64,000 nt of DNA from an uncultured Trueperaceae bacterium (GCA_963815215.1 CAWFFU010000003.1:960001-1024000); one strand, 5' to 3'. Shown: positions 45,401-54,528, counted from the first letter of the stretch. The notes: a model not told the origin generated them from the sequence alone. A program made the numbers and translations.

Positions 45401-47743
45401 GGCCGACCGCTCGAGCGCGAGGCTGGCCCCGGGATCACCGTTCGGCGGACGAAGCTCCGAGGCGTCGGGCGCGGAGCCGAAGCGAGCGACGAAGCGGTAG
45501 TCTCCCCTACCGTTCATGCGCAGGAACAGGTGTGCCCCGGCCGGGAGGTCAGCGTCGAAAGAGCCATCATTGTTGCGCACAAGACGCGGAGCGCCGTCAC
45601 CGAGCAGCGCGATGCGCGTGTCCTCACCGAGCGTCCCGTCGACATGAAGCGTGGTCGGAGCGTCGAATGCGGGCAGTGCGTAGAAGTCGGGGCCCGTGAT
45701 GTCGCCCACCTTCCCCTCCACGTCGAGGTCGGCGGGCAGCCGATTGGCCGTCGCGGGACTGTCGTTGGGCTCCACATCGTCGGGCAGAGTGAAGGGGTCG
45801 AGCTGGCTCATGCGGAGTTGGTAGTACCCGTCGGAGGCGGTATCGGCGCGCAACCACAGGTCGTAGTTCCCGGCCAGCAGCCGACGCTGGAAGACCACGG
45901 GCGAGCCCGGACCCTGGGACTGGGCGCGCACCCCTGCCTCGCGCACGTCGAAGAAGAGACTCCCGTCCTCAGGCGGCACCGCCTCGATGCGCACGTACTG
46001 GTCGCTGGCGAGGTAGAAGCGGTAGGCATCCACGTCGTTCGTGCCGGTGAGCACGCCGACGCGGGTCTGGCCGACCCGGAGGAGCTCGGCGCGGCTATCG
46101 TCGTCGTTGGGCTCGAGCTCGATCACGCCCGGGGGAGGCGGCGGCCCGGACGGCTCGATCGCCTCGGGCTCCGCCTGTGGCGGTGGCGCCGCGGCCTTCA
46201 GGGGCAGTTGCTGAGCGCCCGCATCTTCGGCCGAAGGCGGAGCCGGCTTCTCGTCGGGCACCGGGCCGAGCGCGAGCGCGCGCAGCGCGTAGGCGCCAGC
46301 GTTGCCGCCGACCTCGATGAAGTGCTCGCCCGGTAACAGCGCCACGTTGTCGAGCCGGATACGCCGCTCACCCTGCAGCGACGCCTGGCGCGCTCCGCCG
46401 GCGTCGTACGTGGTCAGCGAACGAACGCCCGAGCCGACGGCCTGGATGCGCCAGAGCTGCGCCGGACCCGTGGTGGTGAAGCGGTACACGTCCTTGTCCT
46501 GCACCTCCAGCCCCCCGCGCACCGTGAGCCCGTCGGAGAGCGGATCCGCGACCGCGAGGACGTCGTTCGGCTCGCTCTCGTGTCCGTCCTCGGGGGGGCT
46601 CGCCTCGGAGAACACCAACGTGTACGACGCGTCGCCGCCCACGCCCACGGTTACCCCGTAGCGGGGGGCGTCGAGGACAAGGCCGCGCATCGCTCCCGAC
46701 GCCCCGTGACGGGTCTGGATCTCCTCGTGGTCGGCGCTGAAAAGCGAGAGGTAGGCGTTGGCGTCCGACTCCAGGCTCAGGTCGTAGGTCTTGCCGCGCG
46801 CCGCGTCGGGCACGTCGAGCACGAAGTAGTCCTTGTCCGGTCCGGAGCCGTGCATCGCTCGTCCCAGCGACAACACATTGGCCTCGTCCCAGCCGTTGTT
46901 GGGCTCCACCTCGTTGCCGTCGGTGACGCGCCCGGCCGAGGTGGCGCTCAGGGTGAACGGGGCGCCGGACGGTAGTCCCGTAACGCTCACGGCTACCTCA
47001 CCGGCACCGACGCCGAGCGAGCGCAGCGTCGCCCGACCCAGCTCACCCGTGCCGCTCGCGGCCACCTCCGCCCCGTCGGCGCCTCGGAGCGCCAACCTGG
47101 CGTCGCTGCCCACCGCGGCTACGAGCTCGAGGTCCCACCGCAGCGACGCGTCGTCCGCGGCGAGCCGCCATGGCAACGCCACCTCACCGTTCGCCATGCC
47201 GAAGATCGCGAACGCTCCGTCGACGCCGTCGAGACCGTCGACGCCGCGTCGACCACGGCGAAGCGCATCGCCCGGATCGAGGTGGACAACGTAGGCGCCT
47301 TCACCCCCGCTCTTGGACACACCTAGCACGTACCTTCCCGGTGCCACGAGGACCGGCGCAGACTCGGTCAGGGCGCCGCCCGGCGACGTGAACGAGGCGA
47401 GCGTGTCGGCCGCCGTGACGTCGACACCGTTGTCCGCCAAGGTCACGCGGATCAGGTCGACCTTCGTGAGGTGACCCGGGATCCCCTCCATGCTCACAGA
47501 CCACCAGCGAGCCGCCGCCTCATCGTCGACCACCCACAGGTAGGCGTCCTGATCCTGCGCCGCCATCGACCCCGCGATGCACAGGGTGTCGCTCACATCC
47601 TGCGCCGTCGCGGGCGTGTCGTTGGGCTCAGCGTCGACGGTGCACACCTGGGCACCGGCCGTTGCAGCCAGGAGGATCGCGGTCACGGCGACGGCCACCC
47701 GTAGCACGCCGGGTGGGGCCTCACCCAGGTACGGCTTCGGCAT
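42416..47743 (-). CDS. 1775-aa secreted multidomain protein: PPC-like EPND repeats, discoidin-like region, two VWA domains
   Basis: Signal peptide ending AGA-Q; five EPN(D/N) repeats; SLDG..F..V/ARYARL discoidin-like motif; MIDAS DTSGS..ITDAE and DASGS..VTDGEESCGG. Confidence 0.85.
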   Translation of the reverse strand: MPKPYLGEAPPGVLRVAVAVTAILLAATAGAQVCTVDAEPNDTPATAQDVSDTLCIAGSMAAQDQDAYLWVVDDEAAARWWSVSMEGIPGHLTKVDLIRVTLADNGVDVTAADTLASFTSPGGALTESAPVLVAPGRYVLGVSKSGGEGAYVVHLDPGDALRRGRRGVDGLDGVDGAFAIFGMANGEVALPWRLAADDASLRWDLELVAAVGSDARLALRGADGAEVAASGTGELGRATLRSLGVGAGEVAVSVTGLPSGAPFTLSATSAGRVTDGNEVEPNNGWDEANVLSLGRAMHGSGPDKDYFVLDVPDAARGKTYDLSLESDANAYLSLFSADHEEIQTRHGASGAMRGLVLDAPRYGVTVGVGGDASYTLVFSEASPPEDGHESEPNDVLAVADPLSDGLTVRGGLEVQDKDVYRFTTTGPAQLWRIQAVGSGVRSLTTYDAGGARQASLQGERRIRLDNVALLPGEHFIEVGGNAGAYALRALALGPVPDEKPAPPSAEDAGAQQLPLKAAAPPPQAEPEAIEPSGPPPPPGVIELEPNDDDSRAELLRVGQTRVGVLTGTNDVDAYRFYLASDQYVRIEAVPPEDGSLFFDVREAGVRAQSQGPGSPVVFQRRLLAGNYDLWLRADTASDGYYQLRMSQLDPFTLPDDVEPNDSPATANRLPADLDVEGKVGDITGPDFYALPAFDAPTTLHVDGTLGEDTRIALLGDGAPRLVRNNDGSFDADLPAGAHLFLRMNGRGDYRFVARFGSAPDASELRPPNGDPGASLALERSARDVAAYWYEGQALDDELTIENTSDRKQTYALEVATSSVAVTPHVPATVTVGPGQRASVPLSVTVAPDARDDQPVRVTVGARSDAGIATTSLTLVPRCEAAPVAPKASWAVPDAMLGRLDVAWSGLGATIVDDAGRDAQTVDALTSPATGAHHEVGEAITVDLAGDEPITLAGALLQPQGGPDVRRQLRDFSIQVSLDGETFETVLESSLRAARVEQAFAFPKAVEARYARLVFGPDQAGNSGAWIGEWKLVAAADDPLGELNLADPALGGHVLWSDPLIPESQRHSMILDEQADRPRVDGHGNPRATWVVGFRDDRAAQFTRLEWVESSDSTSEGAFSDVAVDVSLSSPVGPWEHLADWHLERDAAGTAALALPEPSWARFVRFTATGPEQGVRSMFPPDTLRILERPSGDGYRSAVGEWGQYRKEAVYEWQQGGADGAATGQTGPDAADSDSRDAPRPLASGDVVEGTVAVAEDEDWFTITVPDGQNHLSLRLEGDPTLAYNYALTSAAGDAVAYDERHDGDAVVLDAYVDPGEYTLHLAEPKRSVIFAWDTSGSVGPYIPITYASLARFTRGTDPDREFVQLLAYNEPGPIWLLPYWSADPVRAQQAINTFDRDSAESSNSENALLTASDALAQRDGTRAVLLITDAESPGYGLTPKLWRSLEASRARVFTFEISTGGSDYSQDLMQAWADANHGFYDYARNVGDFDVGFARASCLLRRPKRYRVEVTTSAEAPPGPGSIRVVRAEGAAQPAVEVIFDASGSMGKKLPDGTSRIDAAREVLKDFVTNVLPEGTPFALRVFGHIKPSSCDTRLEVPLAPLDPASATKAIDAIQPKLLSQTPLADSIAAVGDDLRRAPSGSRLFLVTDGEESCGGDPLVALQTLASAGISVSMVSLGIEDGAVQDRFRSLAQAAGASYSNLASASELRAEIKSGSRIIFEIISTQGSLVDEGYVGGPPVQVPAGHYQLQIRGESESRSVAVSAEEEVEVTANGR

Positions 47744-47821
47744 GGTCCTCTCCCTTCCGCGGGCGCGCTCGCCGCACCCAGGCGAACGACGCGCTCGGCC
47801 CGGCACCCAGGGGCCGCGTCG

Positions 47822-48019
47822 TCACTGCTGATCTGGCATGAGGGCGTCGACCTCGAAGTGGCCCTCACTCGTCGTGAGCCCGAGGGTGCTCCAACTCCGC
47901 TCTTCGCCGCCCCGGGTCGCCGATACGGTGCCGGTGACCTGCGCCTGGCCAGCCACGGCGCCGACGACCGTGAGCGCCAGGATCACGAAAGCGCCATCCA
48001 GCCAGGCTCGCTGTCGCAT
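47822..48019 (-). CDS. 65-aa secreted protein (possibly internally deleted)
   Basis: AAGGAGG RBS; signal peptide ending GQA-Q; first gene after the SARP-type box. Confidence 0.6.
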   Translation of the reverse strand: MRQRAWLDGAFVILALTVVGAVAGQAQVTGTVSATRGGEERSWSTLGLTTSEGHFEVDALMPDQQ

Positions 48020-48268
48020 GGTTCCCTCCTTCGTGTGCCAGGCACCCTCTCGCACTGCTCCGAGGCTTCCTCCCACGACGCGCGCTGCGTGAAGCGCCGG
48101 ACGAGCGCCGCCAGGTCACGGACGTGGCGCAACGCACCCCTCCGTAGATCCGGCAGGGTGGCGCGCCAAGCTTCCTCAAGGCGCACATACCGCTACACGC
48201 GCAGCGCGAAGCGCCGGTCCGTCACCTGACGGCCGCTCGACTCCAGGTCGGCACATCGGCACGGAACA

Positions 48269-48300
48269 AGGCTAGGCGGGGGCCGTCAATCGGGCGTCAA
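48269..48300 (-). promoter_or_regulatory. Second SARP-type direct-repeat operator and -10 element
   Basis: TTGACGC-ccga-TTGACGG-cccccgcc-TAGCCT on the - strand, overlapping the stop codon of the BTAD gene. Confidence 0.75.
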
Positions 48301-50828
48301 ACGCTTCGAGGCACGTAGCGATCGAGGGACGCGGCGAGCGAGGCGGCCAGCTCCTGCGGGAGGCCCCTCGCCATCTCCAGGGCAAGACGTTCGGCTTCTC
48401 CCCGAAGGGCATCGGCGTCCAGGTCCGGGCAGCGCGCCAGCGCACCCAGCAGGCACAGCAGAAAGGGCGCCTCTGTCACCCGTGAGCCGCGCACCATCGC
48501 CGCTAGCTCCGCCGCCTCGGCGCAATCACCGTCGCCTGGTGCACCCCATCGCACCCGGAAGCGTCCTGCGCGCATCAACAGGGCACGGTGCGGGTTGATC
48601 GCAGTGGCGGTGACATCCCGCTCGCCATCCGCTGCAGGGGGGCGGTTGCCAACTCCCTCCTTTCCGAGCAGCGCGCTGGCCACTCCGGGTGGCGCAGTCA
48701 TGGCAAGGCCGCACGCGAGCCCTGTGGCCGCGTCGTCGAGGTTGGCACGGCGCAGCGCGTCGAGGAGCAGCATCGCGCGCGCCCAGGCACGGTCGCCAGG
48801 TGGGTGCGATCGCCCCGAGACCTCGAGCAACGTCTCGGCCGCCTGGAGTTGGAGCGAACGGCTTGGGTCGTCGTCCCCGAGTGCCGACCGGGCGCGTGCG
48901 AGGCAGGCGCGGGCCCGCTCGAATGCGCCGCACTGCCGCGCCACGTCGGCTTGCACGTCTGCCGCCTGGACCGCTACATGCCCATCGCATCGCTCGAGGG
49001 CCGATGCTTCGACCTCGGCTGCGGTGTTCCAGGCCGGCCCCAGCTCGCCTATCTTGGCGTTCACCGCAGCGAGGTTCACGAGGACCTGATCCTCATGAAG
49101 GCGGCTCGCGTGCCGGCGGGCGAGCCGGACCGCGTCGGCCAGGTGGTCATGAGCGCGGCCGTAGTCGCCCTGCCGTTCGGCGGTGGCCGCTAGGTTGTTG
49201 ACCGATTCCGCCACATCGTCGTGGCGGCCCGTCGCCCGGGCCAGCGTCAGGGCCCGCTCGAAGTATCGATACGACGTCTCCAGGTCACCTTGGAGTCCGG
49301 TGAGCGCACCGAGGTTGTTGAGCGCCCGGTAGCGCTCGACCGCCTCCTCAGCACCTTCGTTCTCGGCGAAGGCCTCGCGTGCCGCTGCGAGCTGACCGCT
49401 GAAGAAGAGCGCTGCGCCTACGGCGTTCCCGGCCCGCGCAACCAGTGCCGGCTGCGCCAGGCGCTCAGCGGAAGCGGCGGCGCGCCGGGCCAGCTTCAAC
49501 GCCTCCTGCGGGCGCCCACGTCGAAGATGCACCCGCGACCGGCGCAATCGCACCTCGAGCAGGGAGCGGTCGTCCTGCGACGCCCACGCCGACTCCTCAG
49601 CGGCAGCGAGCGCGGCATCCTGGAGGTCCCTATCCCGCCTCACCTCAGCCACGCCCTCGAGCAGCAGGAGCGCATCGAAGCGCACGCCCCGGTCGGTGCT
49701 GGCCCATAGGGCGCGGTATGCCCGGCGTTCGGCGGCTACGTCGGCGCCCTCCTCGGCGGCGGCGCGCGCGGCGCGCAGCAGCAGCGGCGCGGCGCGATCG
49801 GGCTCGTGTGCCCCGAGCCAGTGACGCGCGACGCGCGTCTCGCTGCCGCCGCCCGCCTCGAGGGCGGTGGCGATCCGCTCGTGGAGTACGCGTGCGACCG
49901 CAGGGGGCGCCAGGGTCCGCGCCTCCAGCAGCATCTCGCGCGGCAACTCGTGGTGGGCGTCGAGCACGCCCACCCGCATCAGGCGTTCGAGATCATCTGC
50001 GACGTCCAGCGAGTCACGGCCCACCACGGCCGCCAACACGCGCGGCCGAAGCGCTCCCCTAGCGACCGCGAGCGCCTGGACCACGCGCCGAAGGCGATCG
50101 TCGAGGCTCCAGAGCGATGCGCTCATCGGCAGCGGGCGACCGCGGTCGATGGCGTCGGCGAGCTCCACGGTAGCCTGCTGCGGCGCCACGTCGAGATCTC
50201 GACGCAGGCGCTCGCGACACCTGGCGAAGAGCGCCTGCGCGTCTCGGCGCCGCCCCAGCCGGTACAGCAGTCGCATGCCGACTCGATACGCGGTCTCGTT
50301 CAGCGAGTCGATCGCGATGAGCTGTTCGACGCGGCCGAGGGCCTCACTCTGGAGGCCCTCGGACTCGAGCTCGAGCGCGCAAGCCAGAAGGGCGTCGATG
50401 CGCATGGTGTCGAGGCGCGCACGTTCGACGTCCAACCATTCCACGAAAGGGGGCGCCGCAACGCTATCGAGCACCTGCGCCAGCGCCCCCCGCCAGAGCT
50501 CCAGCGCCGCGACATGCTCGCCATCGGCACAGAGGCGCTCGAACTCGGCGACGTCGGTGCGGGCGAGCACCCGCACACGGGAACCGTCGAGCTGCAACCA
50601 CGCCTCGGCTCCTCGCAGCTTGCGGAGCTCGTACAGGGCCTGGCGGACGCTTCCCAACCTGCCCGGACTCCACAGCAGCTCGGCGAGCTCGCCCCGGTCC
50701 GCACCGTTCGGCCGCAGCGCCAGAAACACGAGCAGCGCCAACGCCTTGCGGGCCGCGGGCCGAACCTCGGCGTCGCCCCAGCGGAACGCCGTTCCCCCGA
50801 ACAATGTGACGGAGAGCGCGGCGCGCAT
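48297..50828 (-). CDS. SARP/BTAD transcriptional activator with TPR repeats
   Basis: RKALALLVFLAL...ELAELLW wHTH; DVAEF, LWRG, WL..ER, NETAYR..M BTAD; NNLG/NNLA TPRs. Confidence 0.85.
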   Translation of the reverse strand: MRAALSVTLFGGTAFRWGDAEVRPAARKALALLVFLALRPNGADRGELAELLWSPGRLGSVRQALYELRKLRGAEAWLQLDGSRVRVLARTDVAEFERLCADGEHVAALELWRGALAQVLDSVAAPPFVEWLDVERARLDTMRIDALLACALELESEGLQSEALGRVEQLIAIDSLNETAYRVGMRLLYRLGRRRDAQALFARCRERLRRDLDVAPQQATVELADAIDRGRPLPMSASLWSLDDRLRRVVQALAVARGALRPRVLAAVVGRDSLDVADDLERLMRVGVLDAHHELPREMLLEARTLAPPAVARVLHERIATALEAGGGSETRVARHWLGAHEPDRAAPLLLRAARAAAEEGADVAAERRAYRALWASTDRGVRFDALLLLEGVAEVRRDRDLQDAALAAAEESAWASQDDRSLLEVRLRRSRVHLRRGRPQEALKLARRAAASAERLAQPALVARAGNAVGAALFFSGQLAAAREAFAENEGAEEAVERYRALNNLGALTGLQGDLETSYRYFERALTLARATGRHDDVAESVNNLAATAERQGDYGRAHDHLADAVRLARRHASRLHEDQVLVNLAAVNAKIGELGPAWNTAAEVEASALERCDGHVAVQAADVQADVARQCGAFERARACLARARSALGDDDPSRSLQLQAAETLLEVSGRSHPPGDRAWARAMLLLDALRRANLDDAATGLACGLAMTAPPGVASALLGKEGVGNRPPAADGERDVTATAINPHRALLMRAGRFRVRWGAPGDGDCAEAAELAAMVRGSRVTEAPFLLCLLGALARCPDLDADALRGEAERLALEMARGLPQELAASLAASLDRYVPRSV

Positions 50829-51080
50829 GGAGCGTGGCACCCCTCAAGCGCGAGCTGGAACGACGGCATGACCCTTGGAGGGCACGCCATCACGCGACTC
50901 GAGCGGCGGCGCGGCTCGCAACGCCCCGCAGCTCCTACCGGAATGATGCGGCCATCATAGCCGGAAGGTCGCGCGACGGATAGCTGTGATGTGCCCGCAG
51001 GTAGATTCGTCGCAGTGGCGGCACGGGATCTCATGCCGGGAGGTGTCATCCCGGACCTCGGCCATGCGCCGCTGGCGTGG

Positions 51081-51692
51081 CTAGGACGCCAGGTCGAACA
51101 GCGGAGTGTCGCGCGCTTCCTTGAGCACCACGTGGCAGCTGCGGCAGCGCGGCTCGTAGCGCTCCGAGGCCCCCACCAGGATCACCGGATCGTCGTAGTG
51201 AGCGGGCCGCCCGCCGATCAGCCGCTGCGTGCGCGTCGCAGCGCGCCCGCACGAGCAGATCGCGGTCAACTTCTCCACCACCTCGGCCTGCGCCAACAGC
51301 GTAGGCATGGGGCCGAAGGGCTCGGCCCGGAAGTCGAGGTCGAGCCCGGCCACGATGACGCGCTTGCCGGCATCGGCGAGGTCCAGCGCCAGCCCCACCA
51401 GCGCGTCGTCGAAGAACTGGGCCTCGTCCACCGCCACGACCTGGGTGTCGTCGGCGAGGAGCCGCCGAATTCCGGCGGTGTCGTCGACGGGGATGGCCTT
51501 CAGAGAGCGACCGTCGTGCGAGGCCACCGCCTCCGGCACGTAGCGGTCGTCGATGGCAGGCTTGAACACCTGCACCTGCTGCCGGGCGATGAGGGCGCGG
51601 TTCACGCGCCGGATGAGCTCCTCGGACTTGCCGCTGAACATGGGGCCGACGATCAGCTCGATCCAGCCTCCACCGAAGGCGTGCGCTAGCAT
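51081..51692 (-). CDS. tdk: Thymidine kinase
   Basis: [40 protein letters not shown]. Confidence 0.95.
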   Translation of the reverse strand: MLAHAFGGGWIELIVGPMFSGKSEELIRRVNRALIARQQVQVFKPAIDDRYVPEAVASHDGRSLKAIPVDDTAGIRRLLADDTQVVAVDEAQFFDDALVGLALDLADAGKRVIVAGLDLDFRAEPFGPMPTLLAQAEVVEKLTAICSCGRAATRTQRLIGGRPAHYDDPVILVGASERYEPRCRSCHVVLKEARDTPLFDLAS

Positions 51693-51804
51693 GCCGCCAT
51701 GCTACCGCAGCACCCTGCCGGCACCCGGAGGACCACGCCGGCGGTAGCGGACCCCGCTCCACGCGAGTAGACTCCAGGGGAATCGTTCCGCCCGGGAGGC
51801 ACAT

Positions 51805-53805
51805 ATGCGTCGCGCTATCGGCATCGTTGCGGTGGTTCTCGTCATCGCCCTGGCTTCGGCCCGGGCGCAGACCCAGGTCGAGCTCATCCTTGACGCCTCG
51901 GGTTCCATGTGGAACCGGGTCGCCGACGGCCGCTATCGGATCGATGCGGCCAAGGATGCTCTCACCACGTTCGTCCGCGGCCTTCCCGACGGCGGTCTGG
52001 ATGTGGGGCTGAGGATCTACGGTTCCACCGTGGACGCGCTGGCGCCGGGCGCCTGCGACGACACCCGGCTGTTCGTGCCGCTCTCGGGCGTGGACAAGGC
52101 GGGCCTGCAGAAGGCGGTCGACGCCGTCAAGGCCCGCGGGGCGACACCGATCGTCGGCTCCCTGCTGGCCGCGGCCGGCGACTTCAGCGGCACCTCGGGC
52201 CAGCGCATGATCGTGCTGGTCACCGACGGGCAGGAGTCGTGCGGCGGTGACCTCGCTGCGGCCGTGGCGCGGCTCAAGGCCATGCAGCCCCCGGTGGCGC
52301 TGCGTGTCATCGGCTTCGATCTCCCGCCCAAGGCGGCCAAGACGTTCTCCGACCTGGCGACCTTCGTCAACGCCGACGACGCCGCCACGCTGGTCAAGGC
52401 CCTCGCCGGCGCAGTCGAAGCCGTAGCGCCTGCCGCACCCGCGGCCAGCACGGCGCCGGCTCAGGTGACGCTCGAGGCTCCCGACGCGGTGCCGGCAGGC
52501 ACCGACTACAGCGTGCGCTGGAAGGGTGCGCCCGTCGCCGGCGACGCCGTCGTCGCCGTACCGCCCGGCGCGCCGGACGACGCCCAGGGACAGCTCCTCG
52601 GCTACGTCGAGGGCGTCGACCATCTCGCTGCGGTGGCTCCCCTGGAGGCCGGCACGCTGGAGCTGCGCTACCTGAGCGTCGGCACCGTCGCGGCGCGCCG
52701 CACGCTGAGCGTCACGCCCAGCCCCGCCACCTTGAAGGTCGTCGACGACGCCGTGTTCGCCGGCAGCACCTTCCACGTCGCGTGGACCGGGCCGAACGGT
52801 CCCAAAGACTACGTCACCCTGGTCAAGCCCGACGCCAAGGCCGGCGACTACGGAGACTACGTCTACACCCGCGACGGTACGACGGTCGCCTTCGTCGCGC
52901 CGTCCGATCCCGGCACCTACGAGCTGCGTTACCAGTCCGACGACGATCCCGGCACGGTGCTGGCGCGCACCCGCTTCGAGGTGCTGCCGCCCAAGCCGAT
53001 CACCCTCGAGGCCCTGGGCGAAGTGATCGCCGGCGCCGACTTCCAGGTGAGCTGGACCGGGCCCGACGCCGTGCAGGACTACATCACCATCGTGCCCAAG
53101 GGCGCGCCCGACGGCGACTACACGTCGTACCAGTACACCCGGGACGGCAGTCCCCTCACGCTCACGGCGCCACTCGCGCCCGGGGCGTACGAGCTGCGCT
53201 ACTCGACCGACCGCGCCGACGCCAAGGGTAGGGTGTACGCCTCCTACCCGATCACGGTGGTGGCGGCCGCCATCACCCTCACGCCCGCTCCCGAGATCCA
53301 TGCCGGATCGCCGTTCGACGTCCAGGTCAGCGGACCCGCCCACAGCCAGGACTACATCACGATCGTTGCCAAGGGCGCGCCCGACGGCGACTACCAGGCC
53401 TACGCCTACGTCGACCAGACGCGCGGGACCTTCTCGCTGCTGGCGCCTTCCCAGCCCGGGGCCTACGAGATCCGCTACCAGAACGACAACGATCCCACGC
53501 GGGTGCTGGCGCGCACGGCGGTCACGGTGGGCCAGGCCATCCCGGTGACGCTTGACGCCCCGGACAGCGCCGATGCCGGGGGCCAGATCGAGGTGCGCTG
53601 GACCGGCCCCGACGGTCCGCAGGACTACCTCACCATCGTGCCCAAGGGCGCGCCCGAGGGCGACTACGGCCCGTATACCTACACCGCGGACGGCTCACCG
53701 CTGACCCTCGACGTGCCCTCCGACCCCGGCGCCTACGAGATCCGCTATCAGAGCGATCGCACCGAGATCGGCGTGCTCGGCAGGCGCCCCCTGACCGTGC
53801 ACTGA
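51805..53805 (+). CDS. Secreted VWA-domain protein with five tandem Ig-like repeats
   Basis: Signal peptide; LDASGSM, VTDGQESCGG; repeats W.GP...DYITIV.KGAP.GDY...PG.YE.RY. Confidence 0.88.
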   Translation: MRRAIGIVAVVLVIALASARAQTQVELILDASGSMWNRVADGRYRIDAAKDALTTFVRGLPDGGLDVGLRIYGSTVDALAPGACDDTRLFVPLSGVDKAGLQKAVDAVKARGATPIVGSLLAAAGDFSGTSGQRMIVLVTDGQESCGGDLAAAVARLKAMQPPVALRVIGFDLPPKAAKTFSDLATFVNADDAATLVKALAGAVEAVAPAAPAASTAPAQVTLEAPDAVPAGTDYSVRWKGAPVAGDAVVAVPPGAPDDAQGQLLGYVEGVDHLAAVAPLEAGTLELRYLSVGTVAARRTLSVTPSPATLKVVDDAVFAGSTFHVAWTGPNGPKDYVTLVKPDAKAGDYGDYVYTRDGTTVAFVAPSDPGTYELRYQSDDDPGTVLARTRFEVLPPKPITLEALGEVIAGADFQVSWTGPDAVQDYITIVPKGAPDGDYTSYQYTRDGSPLTLTAPLAPGAYELRYSTDRADAKGRVYASYPITVVAAAITLTPAPEIHAGSPFDVQVSGPAHSQDYITIVAKGAPDGDYQAYAYVDQTRGTFSLLAPSQPGAYEIRYQNDNDPTRVLARTAVTVGQAIPVTLDAPDSADAGGQIEVRWTGPDGPQDYLTIVPKGAPEGDYGPYTYTADGSPLTLDVPSDPGAYEIRYQSDRTEIGVLGRRPLTVH

Positions 53806-53853
53806 CTGACTGTGCACGGACGGACCGTGCACGGACGGACCCGTGCACTGAGC
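53793..53853 (+). repeat. Four tandem about 15-bp repeats spanning the VWA gene stop
   Basis: gaccgtgcactgact / gactgtgcacggacg / gaccgtgcacggacg / gacccgtgcactgagc. Confidence 0.8.
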
Positions 53854-53910
53854 AGCGTCCGCGTGACGGATACCGGGCCACCAGCGGCGCTCTGATACGC
53901 TGCGGAACGT

Positions 53911-54528
53911 ATGAAGCGCATGCACGGCACTACCATCGTGGCCGTCCACCGGGACGGCAAGACCGCCATCGCGGGGGACGGCCAGGTCACGCTCGGCGAC
54001 ACCGTGGTGAAGCGCGGCGCCGTCAAGGTGCGGACCCTGGCGGACGGCCGCGTGCTCACCGGCTTCGCGGGCGCCGTCAGTGACGCCTTCACCCTGCTCG
54101 ACAAGTTCGAGGGCTACCTGAGCTCGGCCCGGGGGAACCTGCTGAAGGCCGCCGTCGACACCGTCAAGGAGTGGCGCACCGACCGCGCCCTGCGCAATCT
54201 GGAGGCGATGTTGATCGTGGCCGACGACGAGCAGATCCTCACCCTCTCCGGCGTCGGTGACGTGATCGCGCCGGACGACCCGGTCGCAGCGGTGGGCTCC
54301 GGCGGCCCCTACGCGCAGGCGGCCGCCACCGCGCTGCTGCGAGAGACCGACCTGAGCGCCGAGCAGATCGCCCGCAAGGCGCTCGCCATCGCCGCGGAGA
54401 TCGACATCTACACCTCGGGCACCGCCACCGTGCTCGTCACCGGCGGGGAAGCGGACGATGGAGCGGGAACCGAGGCGGACGACGACGCGGGCGACGACGA
54501 CCGCTCCGCCGAGGAGGCACGACCGTGA
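53911..54528 (+). CDS. hslV: ATP-dependent protease peptidase subunit HslV
   Basis: [33 protein letters not shown]. Confidence 0.95.
   Translation: MKRMHGTTIVAVHRDGKTAIAGDGQVTLGDTVVKRGAVKVRTLADGRVLTGFAGAVSDAFTLLDKFEGYLSSARGNLLKAAVDTVKEWRTDRALRNLEAMLIVADDEQILTLSGVGDVIAPDDPVAAVGSGGPYAQAAATALLRETDLSAEQIARKALAIAAEIDIYTSGTATVLVTGGEADDGAGTEADDDAGDDDRSAEEARP

Noticed and set aside
51046..53343. 765-aa - strand ORF
   Set aside because: Shadow of the VWA repeat gene, overlapping tdk out of frame
52750..53790. Recurrent DNA repeats (e.g. aagggcgcgcccgacggcgactac) as a possible array
   Set aside because: They are in-frame coding repeats of the Ig-like domains
53793..53853. CRISPR array
   Set aside because: Repeats are contiguous 15-mers without spacers; no cas genes in the window
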